From an uncultured Gaiellaceae bacterium (GTDB lineage: Bacteria > Actinomycetota > Thermoleophilia > Gaiellales > Gaiellaceae), in the NCBI GenBank assembly GCA_963776555.1, contig CAVZNK010000011.1, positions 9,920 through 73,919 of the forward strand: a DNA stretch of 64,000 nt, read 5' to 3'. Under the pieces are notes generated by a model. The model saw only the letters and a list, made by a program, of their open reading frames with translations, made no database searches and had not been told where the DNA came from. Positions 18,528 to 27,547 of this stretch are shown here, piece after piece. How positions within the stretch are numbered: position 1 is the stretch's first letter; each line of letters opens with the position of its first letter. A program made the translations under genes and the position numbers.

Positions 18528-19949
18528 TTACCCCTTGACGACTCCGTTCACGACCGGGACGCCCTTGCCGGTCCACGGGAGCGGCTTGTGCTTGCACGTC
18601 GGGTACGTGCGGCTCGGCGGCTTCAGAACCGTGCCGCCGAACGTCTCGTCGACGAACTGCTTGACCTTCTGCACCGTGACGATGGCGAATGCTCCCGGCG
18701 CCGAGACGTCCATGCGGTACGAGTACTGCTGCTGGAGCGCCTGGTTGTTCTTGCCGAGGAACAGCGGGCCATAGGCCGCGTCTGGCAGCTTCGTCTTCTT
18801 CAGCGCCGCCTGCAGCGCCTTTTGGCCGCCGGAGATGTTGCCCTTCACCACGTTGAGCGCCTTCATCAGTGCCCACGCATTGGCGTAGTAGTTGAACGTG
18901 AACCCGTCGGCCGCATGGTCCGAAGCCTTGCCGGCGAGCGGCGGGTACTTCTTGAACCACTTGTCGAGGATCTTCTTGTACTTCGTGACGAGCGCGCCCT
19001 TCAGGTCGGGCGCGGTGCCGAACCCTCCGACGTAAGCACCGCTCAGGTGCGGGCCGATCGTCTTGTCGGCGCCCGACGAGAAGAAGAACAGGTTCCCGAT
19101 CACCTGCGACGCCTTCATCGGTCCGTAGAGATTCTCGAACGCCTTGATTGACGGAATCGTCCCGGTCCCGCCGATCGCCCAGAAGTAGCCGTCGACCTTG
19201 TCGGGGGCCGGCAGCTGCTGGACGTAGGACGAGTAGTCGGTGGTGTTCAGCGGCGGGAACACGCGCTTCGTGATCGTGCCGCCCGCTGCACAGAAGTCCG
19301 CAATGAACCCTGCTCCGGAGGCGTACCCGAAGCTGTAGTCGTCCATGATGATCGCGGCCTTCTTCCACTTGTCCTTCTTCGTGGCGATCGAGCCGATGCC
19401 CGCCTGCCACTGGACACCGCTTCCGTTGAAGCGGAAGAAGTTCGGAGCCTTGACCGCGGCGGTGGTGTCCCACGCACCCGCCGTCCCGTTGACGAACGTC
19501 TTCGTCGGATGCTGCTTCGCGTAGTTGGCGACGGCGACTGACTCGTCACCGGAGAGCGGGCCGATCATCATGTCGGCGCCGAGCTGCTCCATGAGCCGCT
19601 TCGTCTCCTTGATCGCCGAGTCTGCGGTGTCGTTCGCACAGCCGATGCCCACGAGCTTCAACGGGTGGCCACCGATCGAGCCGCCATGCCAGCCGGCGGA
19701 TGGCTTGTTCGGATTGTTCGGCTTCGCACCGCCGAACTGCGAGATCGCGGTGATCGCTCCGCCGATGTCTTGCTCGTAGTTCGCGGCGAACGCGCCACCG
19801 CAGTCGGACATGATCGCGAACTTGATCGGCGTCGCCGTCGACGTGCCGACCGCCGCGGTGGCCGTCGTCGCTGCGAACACCGCAACGCCAGCCATCGCCA
19901 GCATGATCGGCAGTCGGAAGCGACGGCCAGGCAGATGCCTTCGCATCAT
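18528..19949 (-). CDS. Periplasmic binding protein of the LivJ/Peripla_BP_6 type (amide, urea or amino-acid class), 473 aa
   Basis: GGAGGG then ATGATG at 19949, followed by signal peptide MMRRHLPGRRFRLPIMLAMAGVAVFAATTATA. The mature part is typical of type-I binding proteins. The ORF track extends to 20405, but that upstream part overlaps livM. Confidence 0.8.
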   Translation of the reverse strand: MMRRHLPGRRFRLPIMLAMAGVAVFAATTATAAVGTSTATPIKFAIMSDCGGAFAANYEQDIGGAITAISQFGGAKPNNPNKPSAGWHGGSIGGHPLKLVGIGCANDTADSAIKETKRLMEQLGADMMIGPLSGDESVAVANYAKQHPTKTFVNGTAGAWDTTAAVKAPNFFRFNGSGVQWQAGIGSIATKKDKWKKAAIIMDDYSFGYASGAGFIADFCAAGGTITKRVFPPLNTTDYSSYVQQLPAPDKVDGYFWAIGGTGTIPSIKAFENLYGPMKASQVIGNLFFFSSGADKTIGPHLSGAYVGGFGTAPDLKGALVTKYKKILDKWFKKYPPLAGKASDHAADGFTFNYYANAWALMKALNVVKGNISGGQKALQAALKKTKLPDAAYGPLFLGKNNQALQQQYSYRMDVSAPGAFAIVTVQKVKQFVDETFGGTVLKPPSRTYPTCKHKPLPWTGKGVPVVNGVVKG

Positions 19950-20083
19950 TAGCGCCCTCCTCGGGTGCGTCAGGATTTGGATTTGACGAGAAGTGAGCCT
20001 AAACCACCTCGCGACGCGAAGTGACCTCACTGTGTGGCTGTCGGCGTCCTCCTTTCCTGGCTGGAGAGCCTGCCTACGCACCA

Positions 20084-21130
20084 TCATCCGAGTCCGTACG
20101 CGGCCGCCCGAGCGACCGCCGATCGCGGCCGCGCAAGGCGCGAGACGAGCGACTCCCAAGCCCCCATCAACCCGCCGGGAGAGACGAGAACGATGAGGAG
20201 AAAGATCACGCCGATGAGCGTGTGGAACGTGCCACCGACCACCGGGAGGTACCCGGTCCGGACATAGTTCTGGATCGCAACGAACGCGATTGCGCCGACC
20301 CAGGCGCCCTCGAGGCGGTACAGCCCTCCGATGACGCAGATGACCAGCAGGTCGATCGCCGCGCCGATATTGATGGAGGCTGGGTCGATGTGGCCGTTCC
20401 ACCATACGAACAGGACGCCCCCGAGGCCCGCAACGAAGCCGGCGATGCCGAACGCCATCGTGCGATGGAGGGCGACGCTGTAGCCGAGCGAGCCCATGCG
20501 GACGGGATCGTCGCGGACACCCTGCAGTGCGAGCCCGAACGGCGTTTTCACGAGGTATCTCAGGGCGACGTATACGACAACGGCGACAAACAGCGCGACG
20601 TAGTACAGGCGGTTGGGATGGACGTTGACGTCACCGACGAGCCCAGGCGCCCTGATTCCACTGATGCCGCCGAAGCCCGACAGGCTGAGGTTCGCGCCGA
20701 AGAACGTGTTCGCGATAACCGCGTAGGTGAGCGTGATCATCAGGAAGTAGATCCCGGCGCTGCGACTGGCGAGCGCGCCGAGCAGGAAGGCGATGACGGT
20801 TGCGATCACGAGGCCGAGGAGCACGCCCCACCACGGGTTCCAGCCGAGATTGAGGCCCTTGCTGTTTCCGTTGGTGACGACGTTGCCGAGTGCGAAGCCT
20901 GCGATCCCGAAGATTGCGATCTGAGACAGCGAGACCATCCCGCCGTACGCCGACAGGAAGATAACGCTCGCTGCGGCAATTCCGAGAAACAAGGACTGCG
21001 TGAGAATCGTGCCCACGAAGTACGCCGACATGAAAGGGGTCGACACGAGCGCGGGCGCCGCGATCGCGAAGAGGAGCACCGCGACGCCGATGCCTCGTTC
21101 GACACCGTGTACGAATGACGGCGATCTCAT
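20084..21130 (-). CDS. livM: ABC transporter permease (LivM-like)
   Basis: The ATG overlaps the livH stop (ATGA). It is multi-TM, with GMVSLSQIAIFGIAGF and ALQGVRDDPVRMGSLGY blocks. Confidence 0.85.
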   Translation of the reverse strand: MRSPSFVHGVERGIGVAVLLFAIAAPALVSTPFMSAYFVGTILTQSLFLGIAAASVIFLSAYGGMVSLSQIAIFGIAGFALGNVVTNGNSKGLNLGWNPWWGVLLGLVIATVIAFLLGALASRSAGIYFLMITLTYAVIANTFFGANLSLSGFGGISGIRAPGLVGDVNVHPNRLYYVALFVAVVVYVALRYLVKTPFGLALQGVRDDPVRMGSLGYSVALHRTMAFGIAGFVAGLGGVLFVWWNGHIDPASINIGAAIDLLVICVIGGLYRLEGAWVGAIAFVAIQNYVRTGYLPVVGGTFHTLIGVIFLLIVLVSPGGLMGAWESLVSRLARPRSAVARAAAYGLG

Positions 21131-22242
21131 GCGGGCCGCCCGAAGAGCCCCAGGGGGCGAAACGCGAGCACGACGGCGAGCAGGGCGAACGTGATGATGA
21201 TCGAGTAGTACGTGTAGCTCTCCGGCAGATACACCGCGGCGAAGGTCGAGACGAGACCGAGCAGGAGTGAGCCGACCGCAGCACCCACGAGCGAGCCCAT
21301 CCCTCCGATGATCACGACGACGAGCGAGTACAGGAGCCAGTTCCCGTCGACGCCGGGGCCGAGGCTGGCGAAGGAGCCGCCGATCGCGCCACCGAGGCCT
21401 GCAAGCGCAGAGCCGACGAAGAACGCGATGGCGAAGGTCAGCTGGATGTTGATCCCGAGCGCTGTGACCATCTGGCGGTCGTCGACGCCGGCGCGGATGA
21501 CCATCCCGGTTCGGGTCTTCTTGAGCCACAGGTAGAGGGCGAGCCCGACCGCGACCGCGATCGCGAGGATGAACAAGCGCGTGACGGAATACTGGACATC
21601 CGCGACGTGAATCGTGACGCGCCGGTCGAGGACGCCGGGCCAGGCGATGTCCTGCGTGAACGCGCCGAAGTGAGCGATCATCTGATCCGCGAGGATGGTG
21701 GCGATCGCGATCGTGATCAGCGCCTGCCGGAGCTCCTGTCCCTGGTTCCAACGCAGGAACAGCTGCTGAATCGCAAGACCCAACAACCCGATCGTGAGCG
21801 CGGCGAGGATCGCAGGCACGACCCACTGCCACAGACTGACCTGCGAACTCAGGAGTCCGAACGCCGAGTCCTGACCGACGAGCCGGCGCTCGGCCTTGAG
21901 CGCGATGTAGCCGCCGAGGAGAAAGAACGCACCGTGCGCCATGTTCACCACTCTCATGAGGCCGAAGATGAGAGTGAATCCGCTGGCGACGATGAAGTAG
22001 AGACCGGCGGCAGTGAGCCCGTTCAGGAGGGTGATGACGAAGTCGCTCGGGTCGTGGAGGGCCGAGCCGAAGGTGGTCTCGAACGTCGTGCAACCCGCGT
22101 CCGAGCACGGACGCGCGGCGAAGAGAACCCAGACGACGGCCGCGGCGATCAGGCCGAGCGCGACAATCTGCGGCACCGCTCGCGCGGCGCTACCGGAACG
22201 AAACCACTCCCTCACGGACGGGAGCGAACGTACCAACGTCAC
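21127..22242 (-). CDS. livH: ABC transporter permease (LivH-like) with an N-terminal extension
   Basis: AAGLYFIVASGFTLIFGLMRVVNMAHGAFFLLGGY and MVIRAGVDDRQMVTALGIN blocks. Confidence 0.85.
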   Translation of the reverse strand: MTLVRSLPSVREWFRSGSAARAVPQIVALGLIAAAVVWVLFAARPCSDAGCTTFETTFGSALHDPSDFVITLLNGLTAAGLYFIVASGFTLIFGLMRVVNMAHGAFFLLGGYIALKAERRLVGQDSAFGLLSSQVSLWQWVVPAILAALTIGLLGLAIQQLFLRWNQGQELRQALITIAIATILADQMIAHFGAFTQDIAWPGVLDRRVTIHVADVQYSVTRLFILAIAVAVGLALYLWLKKTRTGMVIRAGVDDRQMVTALGINIQLTFAIAFFVGSALAGLGGAIGGSFASLGPGVDGNWLLYSLVVVIIGGMGSLVGAAVGSLLLGLVSTFAAVYLPESYTYYSIIITFALLAVVLAFRPLGLFGRPA

Positions 22243-22313
22243 ACGGCGCTTTCAATGCCATCCCAGCTTGAACTTCCCGCAGAAGCTCAAGCTGGAGTTC
22301 CGCGGCGAGTAGC

Positions 22314-23423
22314 TCAGCCGCGCTCCCAGGCGAGCCCGGCCGCCAGCGCCACCTCGTCGCGCGGCGCGACGAGCTGCATGTTCCCGATCGCGAGGCCGGC
22401 CCAGCCGGTCAGGTTCACCCAGCGGAGGAACGACGACAGCGGCAGCCGGATCTCGAGCTCGTCGACGTCCTCGTCCGGGAGCTCGACCGCGTAGCAGGGG
22501 CTCACGTAGAGGTCGACGTCGGGCTCGTAGCGGCGCCATTCGGCGATCGCGCGATACGCGGCCTCGATCTCCTCGGGCTTCACGCGCTGCGCTGCCGCGA
22601 GCTTCTTCTGCATGAGCTCGCCGTACTCGCCCGCGCGGCTCGGGAACGTCGCCGCGTGGGACTGGAGTGCCTCGTGCTGGAACTGCGGCCACGTGTTCAC
22701 CGACGGCTCGGGCACGCGGGCCTCGACGACACGGGCTCCGAGCCGCTCGAGATCCTCCACCCACGCCTCGCCCGCGTCCGAGAGTTCCGTCTCTCGACCG
22801 TCCCCGATACCCGGAGGTTGGCGAAGGAGACCGACGGTAAGCCCGGCGAGGCGCGGCCCGGGAGCGGGGCGGCCGGTCAGGATCGACCAGACGAGCGCGA
22901 CATCGGCGACGCTCGTCGCCATCGGACCGACCGTATCGAGGGTGGGTACGAGCGGGAAGACGCCGTCGGTCGGGATCAGCCCCCATTGCGACTTGAGCCC
23001 GACGACCTCGCAGGCCGCCGACGGGAGACGGATCGAGCAGCCGGTGTCGGTTCCCAGCGCGAGGTCGCAGACACCGGCCGCGAGGGCCGCGGCCGAGCCA
23101 GACGACGAGCCTCCCGTCGTCTTCCCTTCGTGCGTCGGGTTGTGACACGTGCCGTACCACTCGCTCTGCCCGAGAACGCTCCACGCGAACTCCGGCAGGT
23201 GCGTCTTGCCGACGACGACCGCGCCGGCATCGAGGAGGCGCTGGACGGCCGTCGCGTTTCGTTCCGGGACGTGATCCGCGTACAGCCCCGAGCCGTACGT
23301 CGTCCGGATCCCGGCGGTGTCGAAGAGGTCCTTGACCGCAAGCTTCCGGCCTGCGAGCGGCCCGGTGCCGCCCGGGCCGGGCTCCACCTGCGTGATGAAC
23401 GCGTTGAACGGATCGTGGGTCAT
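22314..23423 (-). CDS. Amidase-signature family amidohydrolase
   Basis: GGSSSGSAAALAAG signature, with KDLFDTAGIRTTYGS upstream. The ATG overlaps the RidA stop. Confidence 0.85.
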   Translation of the reverse strand: MTHDPFNAFITQVEPGPGGTGPLAGRKLAVKDLFDTAGIRTTYGSGLYADHVPERNATAVQRLLDAGAVVVGKTHLPEFAWSVLGQSEWYGTCHNPTHEGKTTGGSSSGSAAALAAGVCDLALGTDTGCSIRLPSAACEVVGLKSQWGLIPTDGVFPLVPTLDTVGPMATSVADVALVWSILTGRPAPGPRLAGLTVGLLRQPPGIGDGRETELSDAGEAWVEDLERLGARVVEARVPEPSVNTWPQFQHEALQSHAATFPSRAGEYGELMQKKLAAAQRVKPEEIEAAYRAIAEWRRYEPDVDLYVSPCYAVELPDEDVDELEIRLPLSSFLRWVNLTGWAGLAIGNMQLVAPRDEVALAAGLAWERG

Positions 23424-23806
23424 GGCACGAGGGCGACGCACTCGATCTCGACCTTGGCGCCCTCGACCGCGAGCCGCGGCACCTCGACGAGCGTCGACGC
23501 CGGTCGCGTGTCGCCGAAGACCTCCTGCCGTAGCGGGTTGATCTTCGGGCGGTCGTCGATGTCGGTGAGGAAGACGGTCACCTTGAGGACGTCCTCGAAG
23601 CCGCAACCGGCTGCGTCCAGCACGGCGCGCATGTTCTCGAACACCTGGCGTGTCTGCGCGACGACGTCGTCACCGCCGACGAGCCGCCCGTCGCGGTCAA
23701 CGGCGACGATTCCCGAAACATGCAGGAACCCACCTGCGAGCACGGCGTCCGTGAAGTGCGAGATCGGCTCGGCCAGACCCTCGACGCGAATCTCCTCGCG
23801 GCTCAT
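23420..23806 (-). CDS. ridA: RidA/YjgF family reactive-intermediate (enamine/imine) deaminase
   Basis: 128 aa: HFTDAVLAGGFLHVSG...VFLTDIDD...PASTLVEV..LA.GAKVEIE. Confidence 0.85.
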   Translation of the reverse strand: MSREEIRVEGLAEPISHFTDAVLAGGFLHVSGIVAVDRDGRLVGGDDVVAQTRQVFENMRAVLDAAGCGFEDVLKVTVFLTDIDDRPKINPLRQEVFGDTRPASTLVEVPRLAVEGAKVEIECVALVP

Positions 23807-25440
23807 GTTGCTCCTCTCAACTCGCTCAGCTTGACGCGCGGGCTGATCCGCTCCGGATCGACCGGCAGCTCGAGCACCGAGGGCTTCCCGGACGCGAGCG
23901 CACGCTCGAACGCCGGCTCGAAGTCCGCGGTGCGCTCGACCCGCTCGCCGTGCGCTCCGTACGCGCGCGCGAGCGCAGGGAAGTCAGGATTCTCGAGGTC
24001 GGTGCCGATCACGCGCCCGGGGAACTGCCGCTCCTGGTGCATGCGGATGGTCGCGTACATCCCGTTGTTCACGAGGAGCACCACGATCGGGAGCCGGTAT
24101 TGCACGGCGGTCGCGAGCTCCGGCGAGCTCATGACGAAGTCGCCGTCGCCGGTGAAGCACACGACGACACGATCCGGATGGACGAGCTGCGCTCCGACCG
24201 CCGCCGGCAGCCCGTAGCCCATCGAGCCCGAGCGCGGGCACGCCTGTGTACCGAACTGCGTGAACTCGGCGAAGCGATGAGCCCACACGGTGAAGTTGCC
24301 GGCGCCGCAGGTCTGGACCGCGTCCCCCGGAAGCCGCGCGCGGAGGAACGCCATGATCTCGCCCAGGTCGACGTCGCCCTCCATCGGTTCGTGCCGGAGC
24401 GTCTCGACGTAGTCGGTGCGGGCCGAGACCGTCCACTCGCGCCACCGCGGCTCGACCGGCTCGAGCGAGCGCAGAGCGGCGGCAAACTCCGGCAGCGTCG
24501 CTGTGATCGCGAGATCCGGCACGTACACGCGACCCAGCTCGCTCTCGTCGGGATGAACGTGGACGAGGGTCTGCCGCGGATCCGGCGGCTCGAGCAGCGT
24601 GTAGCGCCGCGTCGGCACCTCTCCGAGCCGGCCGCCGATCGCGAGCACGAGGTCGGCGTCGCGGAGCCGCGCCGCGATCCGGTCGTCCATCGCCACCCCG
24701 AGGACGCCGACGTAGCTCGGCGAGCGGTTGTCGACGAAGTCCTGGCAGCGAAAGGCGCACGCGACCGGAAGCTCGTTCGCCTCGCAGAACGCCTGGACGT
24801 CGCGGCTCGTCTCGGCCGTCCAGCCGCCCTCCCCGACGACGACGAGAGGGCGCGCGGCATCGGCCAGGAGCTCGCGCAGCCGCCGCAGGTCGTCCGGGCG
24901 CGCCTCTACCCGGGGAGCCTCGATCCGCGCGCCGTCTTCGACGTCCGCCTCCTCGACGAGCACGTCCTCGGGGAGCGCGAGCACGACCGGCCCCGGCCTC
25001 CCGGAGAGCGCGATCGAGTACGCCTCGGCGACATGCTCGGGGATCCGCTCTGCGCGGTCGAGCTCCCAGGCGGCCTTGGCGATCCCGCCGAACACCCGCG
25101 CGTAGTCGAGCTCCTGCCAGGCCTCGCGACCTCGAAACGCGCGCGGCACCTGCCCGACGAGAAGGATCATCGGCGACGAGTCCTGCTTCGCCGTGTGCAC
25201 TCCCACCGCCGCCTGCGTCGCACCCGGGCCGCGCGTCACGAGACAGAGCCCGGGCCGGCCGGTGAGCTTGCCGTACGCCTCGGCGGCGTTGGCGGCGCCC
25301 TGCTCGTGGCGGCAGGTGACGAGGCGGATCGGCGAGTCGTAGAGCGCGTCGAGGACGGGCAGGTAGCTCTCGCCCGGGAGGCAGAACGCGAGGTCGGCGC
25401 CGTTCAGCTCGAGCTGGTCGACGAGGATCCGCCCGCCCAT
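23803..25440 (-). CDS. Thiamine-diphosphate-dependent enzyme (acetolactate-synthase-like large subunit fold; substrate unknown)
   Basis: 545 aa. N-terminal Pyr domain CRHEQGAANAAEAYGKLTGRPG, and the ThDP-binding motif GDGDFVMSSPELATAVQYRLPIVVLLVNNGMY. No small regulatory subunit gene is nearby. Confidence 0.85.
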   Translation of the reverse strand: MGGRILVDQLELNGADLAFCLPGESYLPVLDALYDSPIRLVTCRHEQGAANAAEAYGKLTGRPGLCLVTRGPGATQAAVGVHTAKQDSSPMILLVGQVPRAFRGREAWQELDYARVFGGIAKAAWELDRAERIPEHVAEAYSIALSGRPGPVVLALPEDVLVEEADVEDGARIEAPRVEARPDDLRRLRELLADAARPLVVVGEGGWTAETSRDVQAFCEANELPVACAFRCQDFVDNRSPSYVGVLGVAMDDRIAARLRDADLVLAIGGRLGEVPTRRYTLLEPPDPRQTLVHVHPDESELGRVYVPDLAITATLPEFAAALRSLEPVEPRWREWTVSARTDYVETLRHEPMEGDVDLGEIMAFLRARLPGDAVQTCGAGNFTVWAHRFAEFTQFGTQACPRSGSMGYGLPAAVGAQLVHPDRVVVCFTGDGDFVMSSPELATAVQYRLPIVVLLVNNGMYATIRMHQERQFPGRVIGTDLENPDFPALARAYGAHGERVERTADFEPAFERALASGKPSVLELPVDPERISPRVKLSELRGAT

Positions 25441-25442
25441 CC

Positions 25443-25937
25443 TCACAGCCGCAGTGGCTCCTCCGAGAGCACCGTGGCGCGCTGCAGGCGCGGCTTGTCC
25501 TCGTCGCGCGGATCGACGTAGCGGATCGACCGCTTGCCCGCCCACTCCTCGGGGAGGAGCAGCACCCGCACGAACGCGGTGTCCTCGGTGGCGGACGCGG
25601 TTGCCAGCACGGGATCGTCCGCGCCCTCGAACCACGGCTCGCCCGCCCCGTACGTGCGCGGCTCGCCATTGTCGCGGTCGATCGTCAGCTCGCCGTGGAG
25701 CAGAAAGCGGATCCCCGGCCCCGGATGCACGTGGCGGTACGCGATCCCGCCCGGTGGGAAGTCGACGCGGTCGAGACGTGCGACCCACCCGCCTTGGACC
25801 ACGACCTCTGCGGCGGCCAGCGCACCGGACGGCTCCTCGTCGAGGAGCTCCCACACCAGCCGCGTCCCGTCGTCGAGCTCGTGCTCGACCCGGTGGCGCG
25901 CGTCGTCGTGCAGGGACGTGGAGAGCGCGAAGATCAC
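25443..25937 (-). CDS. Cupin-like protein
   Basis: FPPGGIAYRHVHPGPGIRFLLHGELTI metal-site-like block. The start is taken as the GTG at 25937, just after the SDR stop. Confidence 0.6.
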   Translation of the reverse strand: MIFALSTSLHDDARHRVEHELDDGTRLVWELLDEEPSGALAAAEVVVQGGWVARLDRVDFPPGGIAYRHVHPGPGIRFLLHGELTIDRDNGEPRTYGAGEPWFEGADDPVLATASATEDTAFVRVLLLPEEWAGKRSIRYVDPRDEDKPRLQRATVLSEEPLRL

Positions 25938-25944
25938 GACGTGC

Positions 25945-26664
25945 TCAGTGGAAGTACTGGCCGCCGTCGATGACCATGGTCTGGCCGGTGACGAAGTCGG
26001 CGGCCGGCGAGCAGAGGAAGACGACGGCGCCGACGACGTCCTCCGGAACCTGGTCGCGCTGGATCGTCCGCGCAGCGACCGAGACGTCCCGGAGCGCCTC
26101 GACGACCTCGGGATGCGACTTGACGCCCTCCGACATCGTGAACCCGGGCGCGACACAGTTCACGTGGATCGAGTCCCTTCCGAGCTCCTTCGCGAGCGAG
26201 CGCGTGAAAGCCACGATGGCGCCCTTCGAGGTCACGTAGTGCAGCAGGAAAGGGACGCCACGGAACGGCGTGCCCGACGAGATGTTCACGATCTTTCCGC
26301 CGCCCTGCCCGCGCATCACCGGGACGACCGCGCGGCAGGTGAGGAACATCGACGCGACGTTGACCTCCATCACGCGGTTCCACTCCTCGAGCGGGATCTC
26401 GGTGAACGCCCGCATCTCGAGCGACGCGTACAGCCCGGCGTTGTTGACGAGGACGTCGATGCGGCCGTTCCGCTCGAGCGCCTGACCGACCATGCGCTCG
26501 ACGTCCTGCTCGGACGAGACGTCGGCCTGGATCCCGCCCTCGGGCGGCTCGAGGTCGACGATCACGACCTCCGCGCCCTCGGCTTCGAGCCCGCGCGCGA
26601 TCGCCGCGCCGATCCCCTGCGCGCCGCCGGTGACGATCGCCACCTTGCCGTCGAGGGCACCCAT
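25945..26664 (-). CDS. Short-chain dehydrogenase/reductase
   Basis: GKVAIVTGGAQGIGAAIA, NNAG, and YVTSKGAIVAFTRSLA (YxxxK). Confidence 0.9.
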   Translation of the reverse strand: MGALDGKVAIVTGGAQGIGAAIARGLEAEGAEVVIVDLEPPEGGIQADVSSEQDVERMVGQALERNGRIDVLVNNAGLYASLEMRAFTEIPLEEWNRVMEVNVASMFLTCRAVVPVMRGQGGGKIVNISSGTPFRGVPFLLHYVTSKGAIVAFTRSLAKELGRDSIHVNCVAPGFTMSEGVKSHPEVVEALRDVSVAARTIQRDQVPEDVVGAVVFLCSPAADFVTGQTMVIDGGQYFH

Positions 26665-26978
26665 CAGCGAAGGGGGGAGAACGAGGTCGGGACCATGATC
26701 CGGTTCCGCTGCGTGTGGATCAGGGGCTGGATCTTGGCGAGGAACTCCTTCCAGCGCCCGTCCGCGGCGAGCCGCGCGCGGCGCTCCTCGCGGTCGGCGA
26801 AGCTCTCGTATGCCCACATGTGGGTGTAGGTCGACGGCTCACCCACGTCGGTCGTGAATGCGCCGACGAGGGTGCCGAGGAACTCCACCTGGATCGCGAT
26901 GCCCTCCGTCTCGTACAGGCGGACGAGCTCGGGGAGCTTCCCCGTGTACACGTGGTAGTCGCGCTGCTCGACGATCAC
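26664..26978 (-). CDS. NIPSNAP family protein
   Basis: 104 aa: RDYHVYTGKLPELVRLYE...THMWAYESFADREERRARL. Confidence 0.75.
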   Translation of the reverse strand: MIVEQRDYHVYTGKLPELVRLYETEGIAIQVEFLGTLVGAFTTDVGEPSTYTHMWAYESFADREERRARLAADGRWKEFLAKIQPLIHTQRNRIMVPTSFSPLR

Positions 26979-27104
26979 TCACGAACCCCCGATCCCGCCG
27001 ATCGCCCAGTACTCGAGCTCGAGCCACTCGTCGATCCCGTACGAGGAGCCCTCGCGACCGATCCCCGACTCCTTCACGCCGCCCGCGGTCACGTGGGCAA
27101 CCAT
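26979..27104 (-). pseudogene. C-terminal remnant (41 codons) of an aldehyde dehydrogenase
   Basis: The minus strand reads MVAHVTAGGVKESGIGREGSSYGIDEWLELEYWAIGGIGGS-stop. GGVKESGxGREG plus the tail is the conserved ALDH C-terminus. No upstream ALDH body exists, because a plus-strand cupin gene starts at 27116. Confidence 0.6.
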
Positions 27105-27115
27105 AATCGAGCCGG

Positions 27116-27469
27116 ATGGAGCCGCAGTTCGTACGCCTCGACGCGGTGCGCGCCTTCGAGCTCGCGGCAGGCGTCACCGGCCGGCCGCTGTTCGGCGAGG
27201 GAGCGATGCTCAACCTGATCCGCTTCGAGCCCGGTGCGACCGTGCCCGCGCACAGCCACCCGCACGAGCAGCTCGGGATCGTCCTCGAGGGCATGCAGGC
27301 GCTCGTCGTCGACGGAGTCGCGCACGAGCTCGGGCCGCTCGAGGCCTACGTGCTGCCCGGCGGCATCGAGCACTCCGCCTACTGCGGTCCCGAGGGAGCG
27401 CTCGTGCTCGACGTGTTCAGGCCCGTCCGCGAGGACTACCGGGAGCGCTGGCACGCCGAGGAGCCATAG
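27116..27469 (+). CDS. Cupin_2 domain protein
   Basis: FEPGATVPAHSHPHEQLGIVLEG...LPGGIEHS. No Shine-Dalgarno sequence. CATAAT ends 8 nt before the ATG, so the mRNA may be leaderless. Confidence 0.8.
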   Translation: MEPQFVRLDAVRAFELAAGVTGRPLFGEGAMLNLIRFEPGATVPAHSHPHEQLGIVLEGMQALVVDGVAHELGPLEAYVLPGGIEHSAYCGPEGALVLDVFRPVREDYRERWHAEEP

Positions 27470-27500
27470 ACGCGGCAGCTGACGGACGCGGCGACGGCTC

Positions 27501-27538
27501 GGAGGGTGACCGTTGGCCGCAGACCACGGCCACCCTCC
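27501..27538. terminator. GC-rich hairpin between convergent genes (candidate bidirectional terminator)
   Basis: ggagggtg(a)ccg ... cgg(c)caccctcc: 8 perfect bp plus 3 more after one mismatch, with a 14-nt loop. No U-tract. Confidence 0.4.
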
Positions 27539-27547
27539 TCCGCGCCG

